From positions 18,166,001-18,230,000 of the forward strand of contig OZ059897.1 of assembly GCA_964057225.1 (NCBI GenBank): 64,000 bases of DNA, given 5' to 3'. Both the position numbers and the translations under genes were made by a program. The notes beneath the pieces are model-generated. The model did not search any database. It had not been told where the DNA came from and was given only the letters and a program-made list of their open reading frames with translations. Origin of the DNA: Auanema rhodensis. Lineage: Eukaryota > Animalia > Nematoda. Of this stretch, positions 11,391 to 26,409 are shown one piece after another; position 1 is the stretch's first letter; every line of letters starts with the position of its first letter.

Positions 11391-14300
11391 AACATATATC
11401 AGTTGATATCTCGGTGCATTTTTAAGCTAGCGCAAATCTGATAACACAGATCGACGCAGCTTAAAAATCCGCATCGAATGCACTATACTACATTGAGAAA
11501 TGCTTAATACAAAAATTAGTTATAATCGTTTGAAAAATGATGCATTAGTGTATGTTGAGTTTCCATGTACACTTAACATTGCTTCCAAAAACATTTTGAC
11601 AAAAATTTTTTCGAAAAATTTCAAAATAGTTTACCAAAAAGTAGATGTTTTTAGATTCCATTTTTCAAGGCAAAGACGATAGACAATGTTATTCAACGAA
11701 AAAATTAATTCTTCAGGGTGAAAATCGAGGATATAAGTGTGAACTTATATCAGTTGATATCTCGGTGCATTTTTAAGCTAGCGCAAATCTGATAACACAG
11801 ATCGACGCAGCTTAAAAATCCGCATCGAATGCACTATACTACATTGAGAAACGCTTAATACAAAAATTAGTTATAATCGTTTGAAAAATGATGCATTAGT
11901 GTATGTTGAGTTTCCATGTACACTTAACATTGCTTCCAAAAACATTTTGACAAAAATTTTTTCGAAAAATTTCAAAATAGTTTACCAAAAAGTAGATGTT
12001 TTTAGATTCCATTTTTCAAGGCAAAGACGATAGACAATGTTATTCAACGAAAAAATTAATTCTTCAGGGTGAAAATCGAGGATATAAGTGTGAACTTATA
12101 TCAGTTGATATCTCGGTGCATTTTTAAGCTAGCGCAAATCTGATAACACAGATCGACGCAGCTTAAAAATCCGCATCGAATGCACTATACTACATTGAGA
12201 AAGGCTTAATACATAAATTAGTTATGATCGTTTGAAAAATGATGCATTAGTGTATGTTGAGTTTCCATGTACACTCAACATTGCTTCCAAAAACATTTTG
12301 ACAAAAATTTTTTCGAAAAATTTCGAAATAATTTAGCAAAAAGTAGATGTTTTTAGATTCCATTTTTCAAGGCAAAGACGATAGACAATGTTATTCAACG
12401 AAAAAATTAATTCTTCAGGGTGAAAATCGAGGATATAAGTGTGAACTTATATCAGTTGATATCTCGGTGCATTTTTAAGCTAGCGCAAATCTGATAACAC
12501 AGATCGACGCAGCTTAAAAATCCGCATCGAATGCACTATACTACATTGAGAAACGCTTAATACAAAAATTAGTTATAATCGTTTGAAAAATGATGCATTA
12601 GTGTATGTTGAGTTTCCATGTACACTCAACATTGCTTCCAAAAACATTTTGACAAAAATTTTTTCGAAAAATTTCAAAATAATTTAGCAAAAAGTAGATG
12701 TTTTTAGATTCCATTTTTCAAGGCAAAGACGATGGACAATGTTATTCAACGAAAAAATTAATTCTTCAGGGTGAAAATCGAAGATATAAGTGTGAACTTA
12801 TATCAGTTGATATCTCGGTGCATTTTTAAGCTAGCGCAAATCTGATAACACAGATCGACGCAGCTTAAAAATCCGCATCGAATGCACTATACTACATTGA
12901 GAAACGCTTAATACAAAAATTAGTTATAATCGTTTGAAAAATGATGCATTAGTGTATGTTGAGTTTCCATGTACACTCAACATTGCTTCCAAAAACATTT
13001 TGACAAAAATTTTTTCGAAAAATTTCAAAATAATTTAGCAAAAAGTAGATGTTTTTAGATTCCATTTTTCAAGGCAAAGACGATGGACAATGTTATTCAA
13101 CGAAAAAATTAATTCTTCAGGGTGAAAATTGAGGATATAAGTGTGAACTTATATCAGTTGATATCTCGGTGCATTTTTAAGCTAGCGCAAATCTGATAAC
13201 ACAGATCGACGCAGCTTAAAAATCCGCATCGAATGCACTATACTACATTGAGAAACGCTTAATACAAGAATTAGTTATAATCGTTTGAAAAATGATGCAT
13301 TAGTGTATGTTGAGTTTCCATGTACACTCAACATTGCTTCCAAAAACATTTTGACAAAAATTTTTTCGAAAAATTTCAAAATAATTTAGCAAAAAGTAGA
13401 TGTTTTTAGATTCCATTTTTCAAGGCAAAGACGATAGACAATGTTATTCAACGAAAAAATTAATTCTTTAGGGTGAAAATCGAGGATATAAGTGTGAACT
13501 TATATCAGTTGATATCTCGGTGCATTTTTAAGCTAGCGCAAATCTGATAACACAGATCGACGCAGCTTAAAAATCCGCATCGAATGCTTTATACTACATT
13601 GAGAAACGCTTAATACAAAAATTAGTTATGATCGTTTGAAAAATGATGCATTAGTGTATGTTGAGTTTCCATGTACACTCAACATTGCTTCCAAAAACAT
13701 TTTGACAAAAATTTTTTCGAAAAATTTCAAAATAATTTAGCAAAAAGTAGATGTTTTTAGATTCCATTTTTCAAGGCAAAGACGATGGACAATGTTATTC
13801 AACGAAAAAATTAATTCTTCAGGGTGAAAATCGAGGATATAAGTGTGAACTTATATCAGTTGATATCTCGGTGCATTTTTAAGCTAGCGCAAATCTGATA
13901 ACACAGATCGACGCAGCTTAAAAATCCGCATCGAATGCACTATACTACATTGAGAAACACTTGATACAAAAATTAGTTATGATCGTTTGAAAAATGATGC
14001 ATTAGTGTATGTTGAGTTTCCATGTACACTCAACATTGCTTCCAAAAACATTTTGACAAAAATTTTTTCGAAAAATTTCAAAATAATTTAGCAAAAAGTA
14101 GATGTTTTTAGATTTCATTTTTCAAGGCAAAGACGATGGACAATGTTATTCAACGAAAAAATTAATTCTTCAGGGTGAAAATCGAGGATATAAGTGTGAA
14201 CTTATATCAGTTGATATCTCGGTGCATTTTTAAGCTAGCGCAAATCTGATAACACAGATCGACGCAGCTTAAAAATCCGCACCGAATGCACTATACTACA

Positions 14301-17300
14301 TTGAGAAACGCTTAATACAAAAATTAGTTATGATCGTTTGAAAAATGATGCATTAGTGTATGTTGAGTTTCCATGTACACTCAATATTGCTTCCAAAAAC
14401 ATTTTGACAAAAATGTTTTCGAAAAATTTCAAAATAATTTAGCAAAAAGTAGATGTTTTTAGATTTCTTTTTTCAAGGCAAAGACGATGGACAATGTTAT
14501 TCAACGAAAAAATCATTTCTTCAGGGTGAAAATCGAGGATATAAGTGTGAACTTATATCAGTTGATATCTGGGTGCATTTTTAAGCTAGCGCAAATCTGA
14601 TAACACAGATCGACGCAGCTTAAAAATCCGCATCGAATGCACTATACTACATTGAGAAACGCTTAATACATAAATTAGTTATGATCGTTTGAAAAATGAT
14701 GCATTAGTGTATGTTGAGTTTCCATGTACACTCAACATTGCTTCCAAAAACATTTTGACAAAAATTTTTTCGAAAAATTTCAAAATAATTTAGCAAAAAG
14801 TAGATGTTTTTAGATTCCATTTTTCAAGGCAAAGACGATAGACAATGTTATTCAACGAAAAAATTAATTCTTTAGGGTGAAAATCGAGGATATAAGTGTG
14901 AACTTATATCAGTTGATATCTCGGTGCATTTTTAAGCTAGCGCAAATCTGATAACACAGATCGACGCAGCTTAAAAATCCGCATCGAATGCTTTATACTA
15001 CATTGAGAAACGCTTAATACAAAAATTAGTTATGATCGTTTGAAAAATGATGCATTAGTGTATGTTGAGTTTCCATGTACACTCAACATTGCTTCCAAAA
15101 ACATTTTGACAAAAATTTTTTCGAAAAATTTCAAAATAATTTAGCAAAAAGTAGATGTTTTTAGATTCCATTTTTCAAGGCAAAGACGATGGACAATGTT
15201 ATTCAACGAAAAAATTAATTCTTCAGGGTGAAAATCGAGGATATAAGTGTGAACTTATATCAGTTGATATCTCGGTGCATTTTTAAGCTAGCGCAAATCT
15301 GATAACACAGATCGACGCAGCTTAAAAATCCGCATCGAATGCACTATACTACATTGAGAAACGCTTAATACAACAATTAGTTATAATCGTTTGAAAAATG
15401 ATGCATTAGTGTATGTTGAGTTTCCATGTACACTCAACATTGCTTCCAAAAACATTTTGACAAAAATTTTTGCGAAAAATTTCAAAATAATTTAGCAAAA
15501 AGTAGATGTTTTTAGATTCCATTTTTCAAGGCAAAGACGATGGACAATGTTATTCAACGAAAAAATTAATTCTTCAGGGTGAAAATCGAGGATATAAGTG
15601 TGAACTTATATCAGTTGATATCTCGGTGCATTTTTAAGCTAGCGCAAATCTGATAACACAGATCGACGCAGCTTAAAAATCCGCATCGAATGCACTATAC
15701 TACATTGAGAAACGCTTAATACAAAAATTAGTTATGATCGTTTGAAAAATGATGCATTAGTGTATGTTGAGTTTCCATGTACACTCAATATTGCTTCCAA
15801 AAACATTTTGACAAAAATGTTTTCGAAAAATTTCAAAATAATTTAGCAAAAAGTAGATGTTTTTAGATTTCTTTTTTCAAGGCAAAGACGATGGACAATG
15901 TTATTCAACGAAAAAATCATTTCTTCAGGGTGAAAATCGAGGATATAAGTGTGAACTTATATCAGTTGATATCTGGGTGCATTTTTAAGCTAGCGCAAAT
16001 CTGATAACACAGATCGACGCAGCTTAAAAATCCGCATCGAATGCACTATACTACATTGAGAAACGCTTAATACATAAATTAGTTATGATCGTTTGAAAAA
16101 TGATGCATTAGTGTATGTTGAGTTTCCATGTACACTCAACATTGCTTCCAAAAACATTTTGACAAAAATTTTTTCGAAAAATTTCAAAATAATTTAGCAA
16201 AAAGTAGATGTTTTTAGATTCCATTTTTCAAGGCAAAGACGATAGACAATGTTATTCAACGAAAAAATTAATTCTTCAGGGTGAAAATCGAGGATATAAG
16301 TGTGAACTTATATCAGTTGATATCTCGGTGCATTTTTAAGCTAGCGCAAATCTGATAACACAGATCGACGCAGCTTAAAAATCCGCATCGAATGCACTAT
16401 ACTACATTGAGAAACGCTTAATACAAAAATTAGTTATAATCGTTTGAAAAATGATGCATTAGTGTATGTTGAGTTTCCATGTACACTCAACATTGCTTCC
16501 AAAAACATTTTGACAAAAATTTTTTCGAAAAATTTCAAAATAATTTAGCAAAAAGTAGTTGTTTTTAGATTCCATTTTTCAAGGCAAAGACGATGGACAA
16601 TGTTATTCAACGAAAAAATTAATTCTTCCGGGTGAAAATCGAAGATATAAGTGTGAACTTATATCAGTTGATATCTCGGTGCATTTTTAAGCTAGCGCAA
16701 ATCTGATAACACAGATCGACGCAGCTTAAAAATCCGCATCGAATGCACTATACTACATTGAGAAACGCTTAATACAAAAATTAGTTATAATCGTTTGAAA
16801 ACTGATGCATTAGTGTATGTTGAGTTTCCATGTACACTCAACATTGCTTCCAAAAACATTTTGACAAAAATTTTTTCGAAAAATTTCAAAATAATTTAGC
16901 AAAAAGTAGATGTTTTTAGATTCCATTTTTCAAGGCAAAGACGATGGACAATGTTATTCAACGAAAAAATTAATTCTTCAGGGTGAAAATTGAGGATATA
17001 AGTGTGAACTTATATCAGTTGATATCTCGGTGCATTTTTAAGCTAGCGCAAATCTGATAACACAGATCGACGCAGCTTAAAAATCCGCATCGAATGCACT
17101 ATACTACATTGAGAAACACTTGATACAAAAATTAGTTATGATCGTTTGAAAAATGATGCATTAGTGTATGTTGAGTTTCCATGTACACTCAACATTGCTT
17201 CCAAAAACATTTTGACAAAAATTTTTTCGAAAAATTTCAAAATAATTTAGCAAAAAGTAGATGTTTTTAGATTTCTTTTTTCAAGGCAAAGACGATGGAC

Positions 17301-20300
17301 AATGTTATTCAACGAAAAAATTAATTCTTCAGGGTGAAAATCGAGGATATAAGTGTGAACTTATATCAATTGATATCTGGGTGCATTTTTAAGCTAGCGC
17401 AAATCTGATAACACAGATCGACGCAGCTAAAAAATCCGCATCGAATGCACTATACTACATTGAGAAACGCTTAATACATAAATTAGTTATGATCGTTTGA
17501 AAAATGATGCATTAGTGTATGTTGAGTTTCCATGTACACTCAACATTGCTTCCAAAAACATTTTGACAAAAATTTTTTCGAAAAATTTCAAAATAATTTA
17601 GCAAAAAGTAGATGTTTTTAGATTCCATTTTTCAAGGCAAAGACGATGGACAATGTTATTCAACGAAAAAATTAATTCTTCAGGGTGAAAATCGAGGATA
17701 TAAGTGTGAACTTATATCAGTTGATATCTCGGTGCATTTTTAAGCTAGCGCAAATCTGATAACACAGATCGACGCAGCTAAAAAATCCGCACCGAATGCA
17801 CTATACTACATTGAGAAACGCTTAATACAAAAATTAGTTATGATCGTTTGAAAAATGATGCATTAGTGTATGTTGAGTTTCCATGTACACTCAATATTGC
17901 TTCCAAAAACATTTTGACAAAAATGTTTTCGAAAAATTTCAAAATAATTTAGCAAAAAGTAGATGTTTTTAGATTTCTTTTTTCAAGGCAAAGACGATGG
18001 ACAATGTTATTCAACGAAAAAATCATTTCTTCAGGGTGAAAATCGAGGATATAAGTGTGAACTTATATCAATTGATATCTGGGTGCATTTTTAAGCTAGC
18101 GCAAATCTGATAACACAGATCGACGCAGCTTAAAAATCCGCATCGAATGCACTATACTACATTGAGAAACGCTTAATACATAAATTAGTTATGATCGTTT
18201 GAAAAATGATGCATTAGTGTATGTTGAGTTTCCATGTACACTCAACATTGCTTCCAAAAACATTTTGACAAAAATTTTTTCGAAAAATTTCGAAATAATT
18301 TAGCAAAAAGTAGATGTTTTTAGATTCCATTTTTCAAGGCAAAGACGATAGACAATGTTATTCAACGAAAAAATTAATTCTTCAGGGTGAAAATCGAGGA
18401 TATAAGTGTGAACTTATATCAGTTGATATCTCGGTGCATTTTTAAGCTAGCGCAAATCTGATAACACAGATCGACGCAGCTTAAAAATCCGCATCGAATG
18501 CTTTATACTACATTGAGAAACGCTTAATACAAAAATTAGTTATGATCGTTTGAAAAATGATGCATTAGTGTATGTTGAGTTTCCATGTACACTCAACATT
18601 GCTTCCAAAAACATTTTGACAAAAATTTTTTCGAAAAATTTCAAAATAATTTAGCAAAAAGTAGATGTTTTTAGATTCCATTTTTCAAGGCAAAGACGAT
18701 GGACAATGTTATTCAACGAAAAAATTAATTCTTCAGGGTGAAAATCGAGGATATAAGTGTGAACTTATATCAGTTGATATCTCGGTGCATTTTTAAGCTA
18801 GCGCAAATCTGATAACACAGATCGACGCAGCTTAAAAATCCGCATCGAATGCACTATACTACATTGAGAAACGCTTAATACATAAATTAGTTATGATCGT
18901 TTGAAAAATGATGCATTAGTGTATGTTGAGTTTCCATGTACACTCAACATTGCTTCCAAAAACATTTTGACAAAAATTTTTTCGAAAAATTTCGAAATAA
19001 TTTAGCAAAAAGTAGATGTTTTTAGATTCCATTTTTCAAGGCAAAGACGATAGACAATGTTATTCAACGAAAAAATTAATTCTTCAGGGTGAAAATCGAG
19101 GATATAAGTGTGAACTTATATCAGTTGATATCTCGGTGCATTTTTAAGCTAGCGCAAATCTGATAACACAGATCGACGCAGCTTAAAAATCCGCATCGAA
19201 TGCACTATACTACATTGAGAAACGCTTAATACAAAAATTAGTTATAATCGTTTGAAAAATGATGCATTAGTGTATGTTGAGTTTCCATGTACACTCAACA
19301 TTGCTTCCAAAAACATTTTGACAAAAATTTTTTCGAAAAATTTCAAAATAATTTAGCAAAAAGTAGATGTTTTTAGATTCCATTTTTCAAGGCAAAGACG
19401 ATAGACAATGTTATTCAACGAAAAAATTAATTCTTTAGGGTGAAAATCGAGGATATAAGTGTGAACTTATATCAGTTGATATCTCGGTGCATTTTTAAGC
19501 TAGCGCAAATCTGATAACACAGATCGACGCAGCTTAAAAATCCGCATCGAATGCTTTATACTACATTGAGAAACGCTTAATACAAAAATTAGTTATGATC
19601 GTTTGAAAAATGATGCATTAGTGTATGTTGAGTTTCCATGTACACTCAACATTGCTTCCAAAAACATTTTGACAAAAATTTTTTCGAAAAATTTCAAAAT
19701 AATTTAGCAAAAAGTAGATGTTTTTAGATTCCATTTTTCAAGGCAAAGACGATGGACAATGTTATTCAACGAAAAAATTAATTCTTCAGGGTGAAAATCG
19801 AGGATATAAGTGTGAACTTATATCAGTTGATATCTCGGTGCATTTTTAAGCTAGCGCAAATCTGATAACACAGATCGACGCAGCTTAAAAATCCGCATCG
19901 AATGCACTATACTACATTGAGAAACGCTTAATACAAAAATTAGTTATGATCGTTTGAAAAATGATGCATTAGTGTATGTTGAGTTTCCATGTACACTCAA
20001 CATTGCTTCCAAAAACATTTTGACAAAAATTTTTGCGAAAAATTTCAAAATAATTTAGCAAAAAGTAGATGTTTTTAGATTCCATTTTTCAAGGCAAAGA
20101 CGATGGACAATGTTATTCAACGAAAAAATTAATTCTTCAGGGTGAAAATCGAGGATATAAGTGTGAACTTATATCAGTTGATATCTCGGTGCATTTTTAA
20201 GCTAGCGCAAATCTGATAACACAGATCGACGCAGCTTAAAAATCCGCATCGAATGCACTATACTACATCGAGAAACGCTCAATACAAAAATTAGTTATAA

Positions 20301-23300
20301 TCGTTTGAAAAATGATGCATTAGTGTATGTTGAGTTTCCATGTACACTCAACATTGCTTCCAAAAACATTTTGACAAAAATTTTTTCGAAAAATTTCAAA
20401 ATAATTTAGCAAAAAGTAGATGTTTTTAGATTTCATTTTTCAAGGCAAAGACGATGGACAATGTTATTCAACGAAAAAATTAATTCTTCAGGGTGAAAAT
20501 CGAGGATATAAGTGTGAACTTATATCAGTTGATATCTCGGTGCATTTTTAAGCTAGCGCAAATCTGATAACACAGATCGACGCAGCTTAAAAATCCGCAT
20601 CGAATGCACTATACTACATTGAGAAACGCTTAATACAAAAATTAGTTATGATCGTTTGAAAAATGATGCATTAGTGTATGTTGAGTTTCCATGTACACTC
20701 AATATTGCTTCCAAAAACATTTTGACAAAAATGTTTTCGAAAAATTTCAAAATAATTTAGCAAAAAGTAGATGTTTTTAGATTTCTTTTTTCAAGGCAAA
20801 GACGATGGACAATGTTATTCAACGAAAAAATCATTTCTTCAGGGTGAAAATCGAGGATATAAGTGTGAACTTATATCAGTTGATATCTGGGTGCATTTTT
20901 AAGCTAGCGCAAATCTGATAACACAGATCGACGCAGCTTAAAAATCCGCATCGAATGCACTATACTACATTGAGAAACGCTTAATACATAAATTAGTTAT
21001 GATCGTTTGAAAAATGATGCATTAGTGTATGTTGAGTTTCCATGTACACTCAACATTGCTTCCAAAAACATTTTGACAAAAATTTTTTCGAAAAATTTCG
21101 AAATAATTTAGCAAAAAGTAGATGTTTTTAGATTCCATTTTTCAAGGCAAAGACGATAGACAATGTTATTCAACGAAAAAATTAATTCTTCAGGGTGAAA
21201 ATCGAGGATATAAGTGTGAACTTATATCAGTTGATATCTCGGTGCATTTTTAAGCTAGCGCAAATCTGATAACACAGATCGACGCAGCTTAAAAATCCGC
21301 ATCGAATGCACTATACTACATTGAGAAACGCTTAATACAAAAATTAGTTATAATCGTTTGAAAAATGATGCATTAGTGTATGTTGAGTTTCCATGTACAC
21401 TCAACATTGCTTCCAAAAACATTTTGACAAAAATTTTTTCGAAAAATTTCAAAATAATTTAGCAAAAAGTAGATGTTTTTAGATTCCATTTTTCAAGGCA
21501 AAGACGATAGACAATGTTATTCAACGAAAAAATTAATTCTTTAGGGTGAAAATCGAGGATATAAGTGTGAACTTATATCAGTTGATATCTCGGTGCATTT
21601 TTAAGCTAGCGCAAATCTGATAACACAGATCGACGCAGCTTAAAAATCCGCATCGAATGCTTTATACTACATTGAGAAACGCTTAATACAAAAATTAGTT
21701 ATGATCGTTTGAAAAATGATGCATTAGTGTATGTTGAGTTTCCATGTACACTCAACATTGCTTCCAAAAACATTTTGACAAAAATTTTTTCGAAAAATTT
21801 CAAAATAATTTAGCAAAAAGTAGATGTTTTTAGATTCCATTTTTCAAGGCAAAGACGATGGACAATGTTATTCAACGAAAAAATTAATTCTTCAGGGTGA
21901 AAATCGAGGATATAAGTGTGAACTTATATCAGTTGATATCTCGGTGCATTTTTAAGCTAGCGCAAATCTGATAACACAGATCGACGCAGCTTAAAAATCC
22001 GCATCGAATGCACTATACTACATTGAGAAACGCTTAATACAAAAATTAGTTATAATCGTTTGAAAAATGATGCATTAGTGTATGTTGAGTTTCCATGTAC
22101 ACTCAACATTGCTTCCAAAAACATTTTGACAAAAATTTTTTCGAAAAATTTCAAAATAATTTAGCAAAAAGTAGATGTTTTTAGATTCCATTTTTCAAGG
22201 CAAAGACGATAGACAATGTTATTCAACGAAAAAATTAATTCTTTAGGGTGAAAATCGAGGATATAAGTGTGAACTTATATCAGTTGATATCTCGGTGCAT
22301 TTTTAAGCTAGCGCAAATCTGATAACACAGATCGACGCAGCTTAAAAATCCGCATCGAATGCTTTATACTACATTGAGAAACGCTTAATACAAAAATTAG
22401 TTATGATCGTTTGAAAAATGATGCATTAGTGTATGTTGAGTTTCCATGTACACTCAACATTGCTTCCAAAAACATTTTGACAAAAATTTTTTCGAAAAAT
22501 TTCAAAATAATTTAGCAAAAAGTAGATGTTTTTAGATTCCATTTTTCAAGGCAAAGACGATGGACAATGTTATTCAACGAAAAAATTAATTCTTCAGGGT
22601 GAAAATCGAGGATATAAGTGTGAACTTATATCAGTTGATATCTCGGTGCATTTTTAAGCTAGCGCAAATCTGATAACACAGATCGACGCAGCTTAAAAAT
22701 CCGCATCGAATGCACTATACTACATTGAGAAACGCTTAATACAACAATTAGTTATAATCGTTTGAAAAATGATGCATTAGTGTATGTTGAGTTTCCATGT
22801 ACACTCAACATTGCTTCCAAAAACATTTTGACAAAAATTTTTGCGAAAAATTTCAAAATAATTTAGCAAAAAGTAGATGTTTTTAGATTCCATTTTTCAA
22901 GGCAAAGACGATGGACAATGTTATTCAACGAAAAAATTAATTCTTCAGGGTGAAAATCGAGGATATATGTGTGAACTTATATCAGTTGATATCTCGGTGC
23001 ATTTTTAAGCTAGCGCAAATCTGATAACACAGATCGACGCAGCTTAAAAATCCGCATCGAATGCACTATACTACATTGAGAAACGCTTAATACAAAAATT
23101 AGTTATGATCGTTTGAAAAATGATGCATTAGTGTATGTTGAGTTTCCATGTACACTCAATATTGCTTCCAAAAACATTTTGACAAAAATGTTTTCGAAAA
23201 ATTTCAAAATAATTTAGCAAAAAGTAGATGTTTTTAGATTTCTTTTTTCAAGGCAAAGACGATGGACAATGTTATTCAACGAAAAAATCATTTCTTCAGG

Positions 23301-26300
23301 GTGAAAATCGAGGATATAAGTGTGAACTTATATCAGTTGATATCTGGGTGCATTTTTAAGCTAGCGCAAATCTGATAACACAGATCGACGCAGCTTAAAA
23401 ATCCGCATCGAATGCACTATACTACATTGAGAAACGCTTAATACATAAATTAGTTATGATCGTTTGAAAAATGATGCATTAGTGTATGTTGAGTTTCCAT
23501 GTACACTCAACATTGCTTCCAAAAACATTTTGACAAAAATTTTTTCGAAAAATTTCGAAATAATTTAGCAAAAAGTAGATGTTTTTAGATTCCATTTTTC
23601 AAGGCAAAGACGATAGACAATGTTATTCAACGAAAAAATTAATTCTTCAGGGTGAAAATCGAGGATATAAGTGTGAACTTATATCAGTTGATATCTCGGT
23701 GCATTTTTAAGCTAGCGCAAATCTGATAACACAGATCGACGCAGCTTAAAAATCCGCATCGAATGCACTATACTACATTGAGAAACGCTTAATACAAAAA
23801 TTAGTTATAATCGTTTGAAAAATGATGCATTAGTGTATGTTGAGTTTCCATGTACACTCAACATTGCTTCCAAAAACATTTTGACAAAAATTTTTTCGAA
23901 AAATTTCAAAATAATTTAGCAAAAAGTAGATGTTTTTAGATTCCATTTTTCAAGGCAAAGACGATAGACAATGTTATTCAACGAAAAAATTAATTCTTTA
24001 GGGTGAAAATCGAGGATATAAGTGTGAACTTATATCAGTTGATATCTCGGTGCATTTTTAAGCTAGCGCAAATCTGATAACACAGATCGACGCAGCTTAA
24101 AAATCCGCATCGAATGCTTTATACTACATTGAGAAACGCTTAATACAAAAATTAGTTATGATCGTTTGAAAAATGATGCATTAGTGTATGTTGAGTTTCC
24201 ATGTACACTCAACATTGCTTCCAAAAACATTTTGACAAAAATTTTTTCGAAAAATTTCAAAATAATTTAGCAAAAAGTAGATGTTTTTAGATTCCATTTT
24301 TCAAGGCAAAGACGATGGACAATGTTATTCAACGAAAAAATTAATTCTTCAGGGTGAAAATCGAGGATATAAGTGTGAACTTATATCAGTTGATATCTCG
24401 GTGCATTTTTAAGCTAGCGCAAATCTGATAACACAGATCGACGCAGCTTAAAAATCCGCATCGAATGCACTATACTACATTGAGAAACGCTTAATACAAA
24501 AATTAGTTATGATCGTTTGAAAAATGATGCATTAGTGTATGTTGAGTTTCCATGTACACTCAACATTGCTTCCAAAAACATTTTGACAAAAATTTTTTCG
24601 AAAAATTTCAAAATAATTTAGCAAAAAGTAGATGTTTTTAGATTCCATTTTTCAAGGCAAAGACGATAGACAATGTTATTCAACGAAAAAATTAATTCTT
24701 CAGGGTGAAAATCGAGGATATAAGTGTGAACTTATATCAGTTGATATCTCGGTGCATTTTTAAGCTAGCGCAAATCTGATAACACAGATCGACGCAGCTT
24801 AAAAATCCGCATCGAATGCACTATACTACATTGAGAAACGCTTAATACAAAAATTAGTTATAATCGTTTGAAAAATGATGCATTAGTGTATGTTGAGTTT
24901 CCATGTACACTCAACATTGCTTCCAAAAACATTTTGACAAAAATTTTTTCGAAAAATTTCGAAATAATTTAGCAAAAAGTAGATGTTTTTAGATTCCATT
25001 TTTCAAGGCAAAGACGATAGACAATGTTATTCAACGAAAAAATTAATTCTTCAGGGTGAAAATCGAGGATATAAGTGTGAACTTATATCAGTTGATATCT
25101 CGGTGCATTTTTAAGCTAGCGCAAATCTGATAACACAGATCGACGCAGCTTAAAAATCCGCATCGAATGCACTATACTACATTGAGAAACGCTTAATACA
25201 AAAATTAGTTATAATCGTTTGAAAAATGATGCATTAGTGTATGTTGAGTTTCCATGTACACTCAACATTGCTTCCAAAAACATTTTGACAAAAATTTTTT
25301 CGAAAAATTTCAAAATAATTTAGCAAAAAGTAGATGTTTTTAGATTCCATTTTTCAAGGCAAAGACGATAGACAATGTTATTCAACGAAAAAATTAATTC
25401 TTTAGGGTGAAAATCGAGGATATAAGTGTGAACTTATATCAGTTGATATCTCGGTGCATTTTTAAGCTAGCGCAAATCTGATAACACAGATCGACGCAGC
25501 TTAAAAATCCGCATCGAATGCTTTATACTACATTGAGAAACGCTTAATACAAAAATTAGTTATGATCGTTTGAAAAATGATGCATTAGTGTATGTTGAGT
25601 TTCCATGTACACTCAACATTGCTTCCAAAAACATTTTGACAAAAATTTTTTCGAAAAATTTCAAAATAATTTAGCAAAAAGTAGATGTTTTTAGATTCCA
25701 TTTTTCAAGGCAAAGACGATGGACAATGTTATTCAACGAAAAAATTAATTCTTCAGGGTGAAAATCGAGGATATAAGTGTGAACTTATATCAGTTGATAT
25801 CTCGGTGCATTTTTAAGCTAGCGCAAATCTGATAACACAGATCGACGCAGCTTAAAAATCCGCATCGAATGCACTATACTACATTGAGAAACGCTTAATA
25901 CAAAAATTAGTTATGATCGTTTGAAAAATGATGCATTAGTGTATGTTGAGTTTCCATGTACACTCAACATTGCTTCCAAAAACATTTTGACAAAAATTTT
26001 TTCGAAAAATTTCAAAATAATTTAGCAAAAAGTAGATGTTTTTAGATTCCATTTTTCAAGGCAAAGACGATAGACAATGTTATTCAACGAAAAAATTAAT
26101 TCTTCAGGGTGAAAATCGAGGATATAAGTGTGAACTTATATCAGTTGATATCTCGGTGCATTTTTAAGCTAGCGCAAATCTGATAACACAGATCGACGCA
26201 GCTTAAAAATCCGCATCGAATGCACTATACTACATTGAGAAACGCTTAATACAAAAATTAGTTATAATCGTTTGAAAAATGATGCATTAGTGTATGTTGA

Positions 26301-26409
26301 GTTTCCATGTACACTCAACATTGCTTCCAAAAACATTTTGACAAAAATTTTTTCGAAAAATTTCAAAATAATTTAGCAAAAAGTAGATGTTTTTAGATTC
26401 CATTTTTCA

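Noticed and set aside
11500-11682. 60-aa ORF from the ORF track
   Set aside because: It depends on a private ACG>ATG change and a rare stop-loss haplotype in one satellite copy. The frame is closed in nearly all other monomers and has no recognisable protein features.
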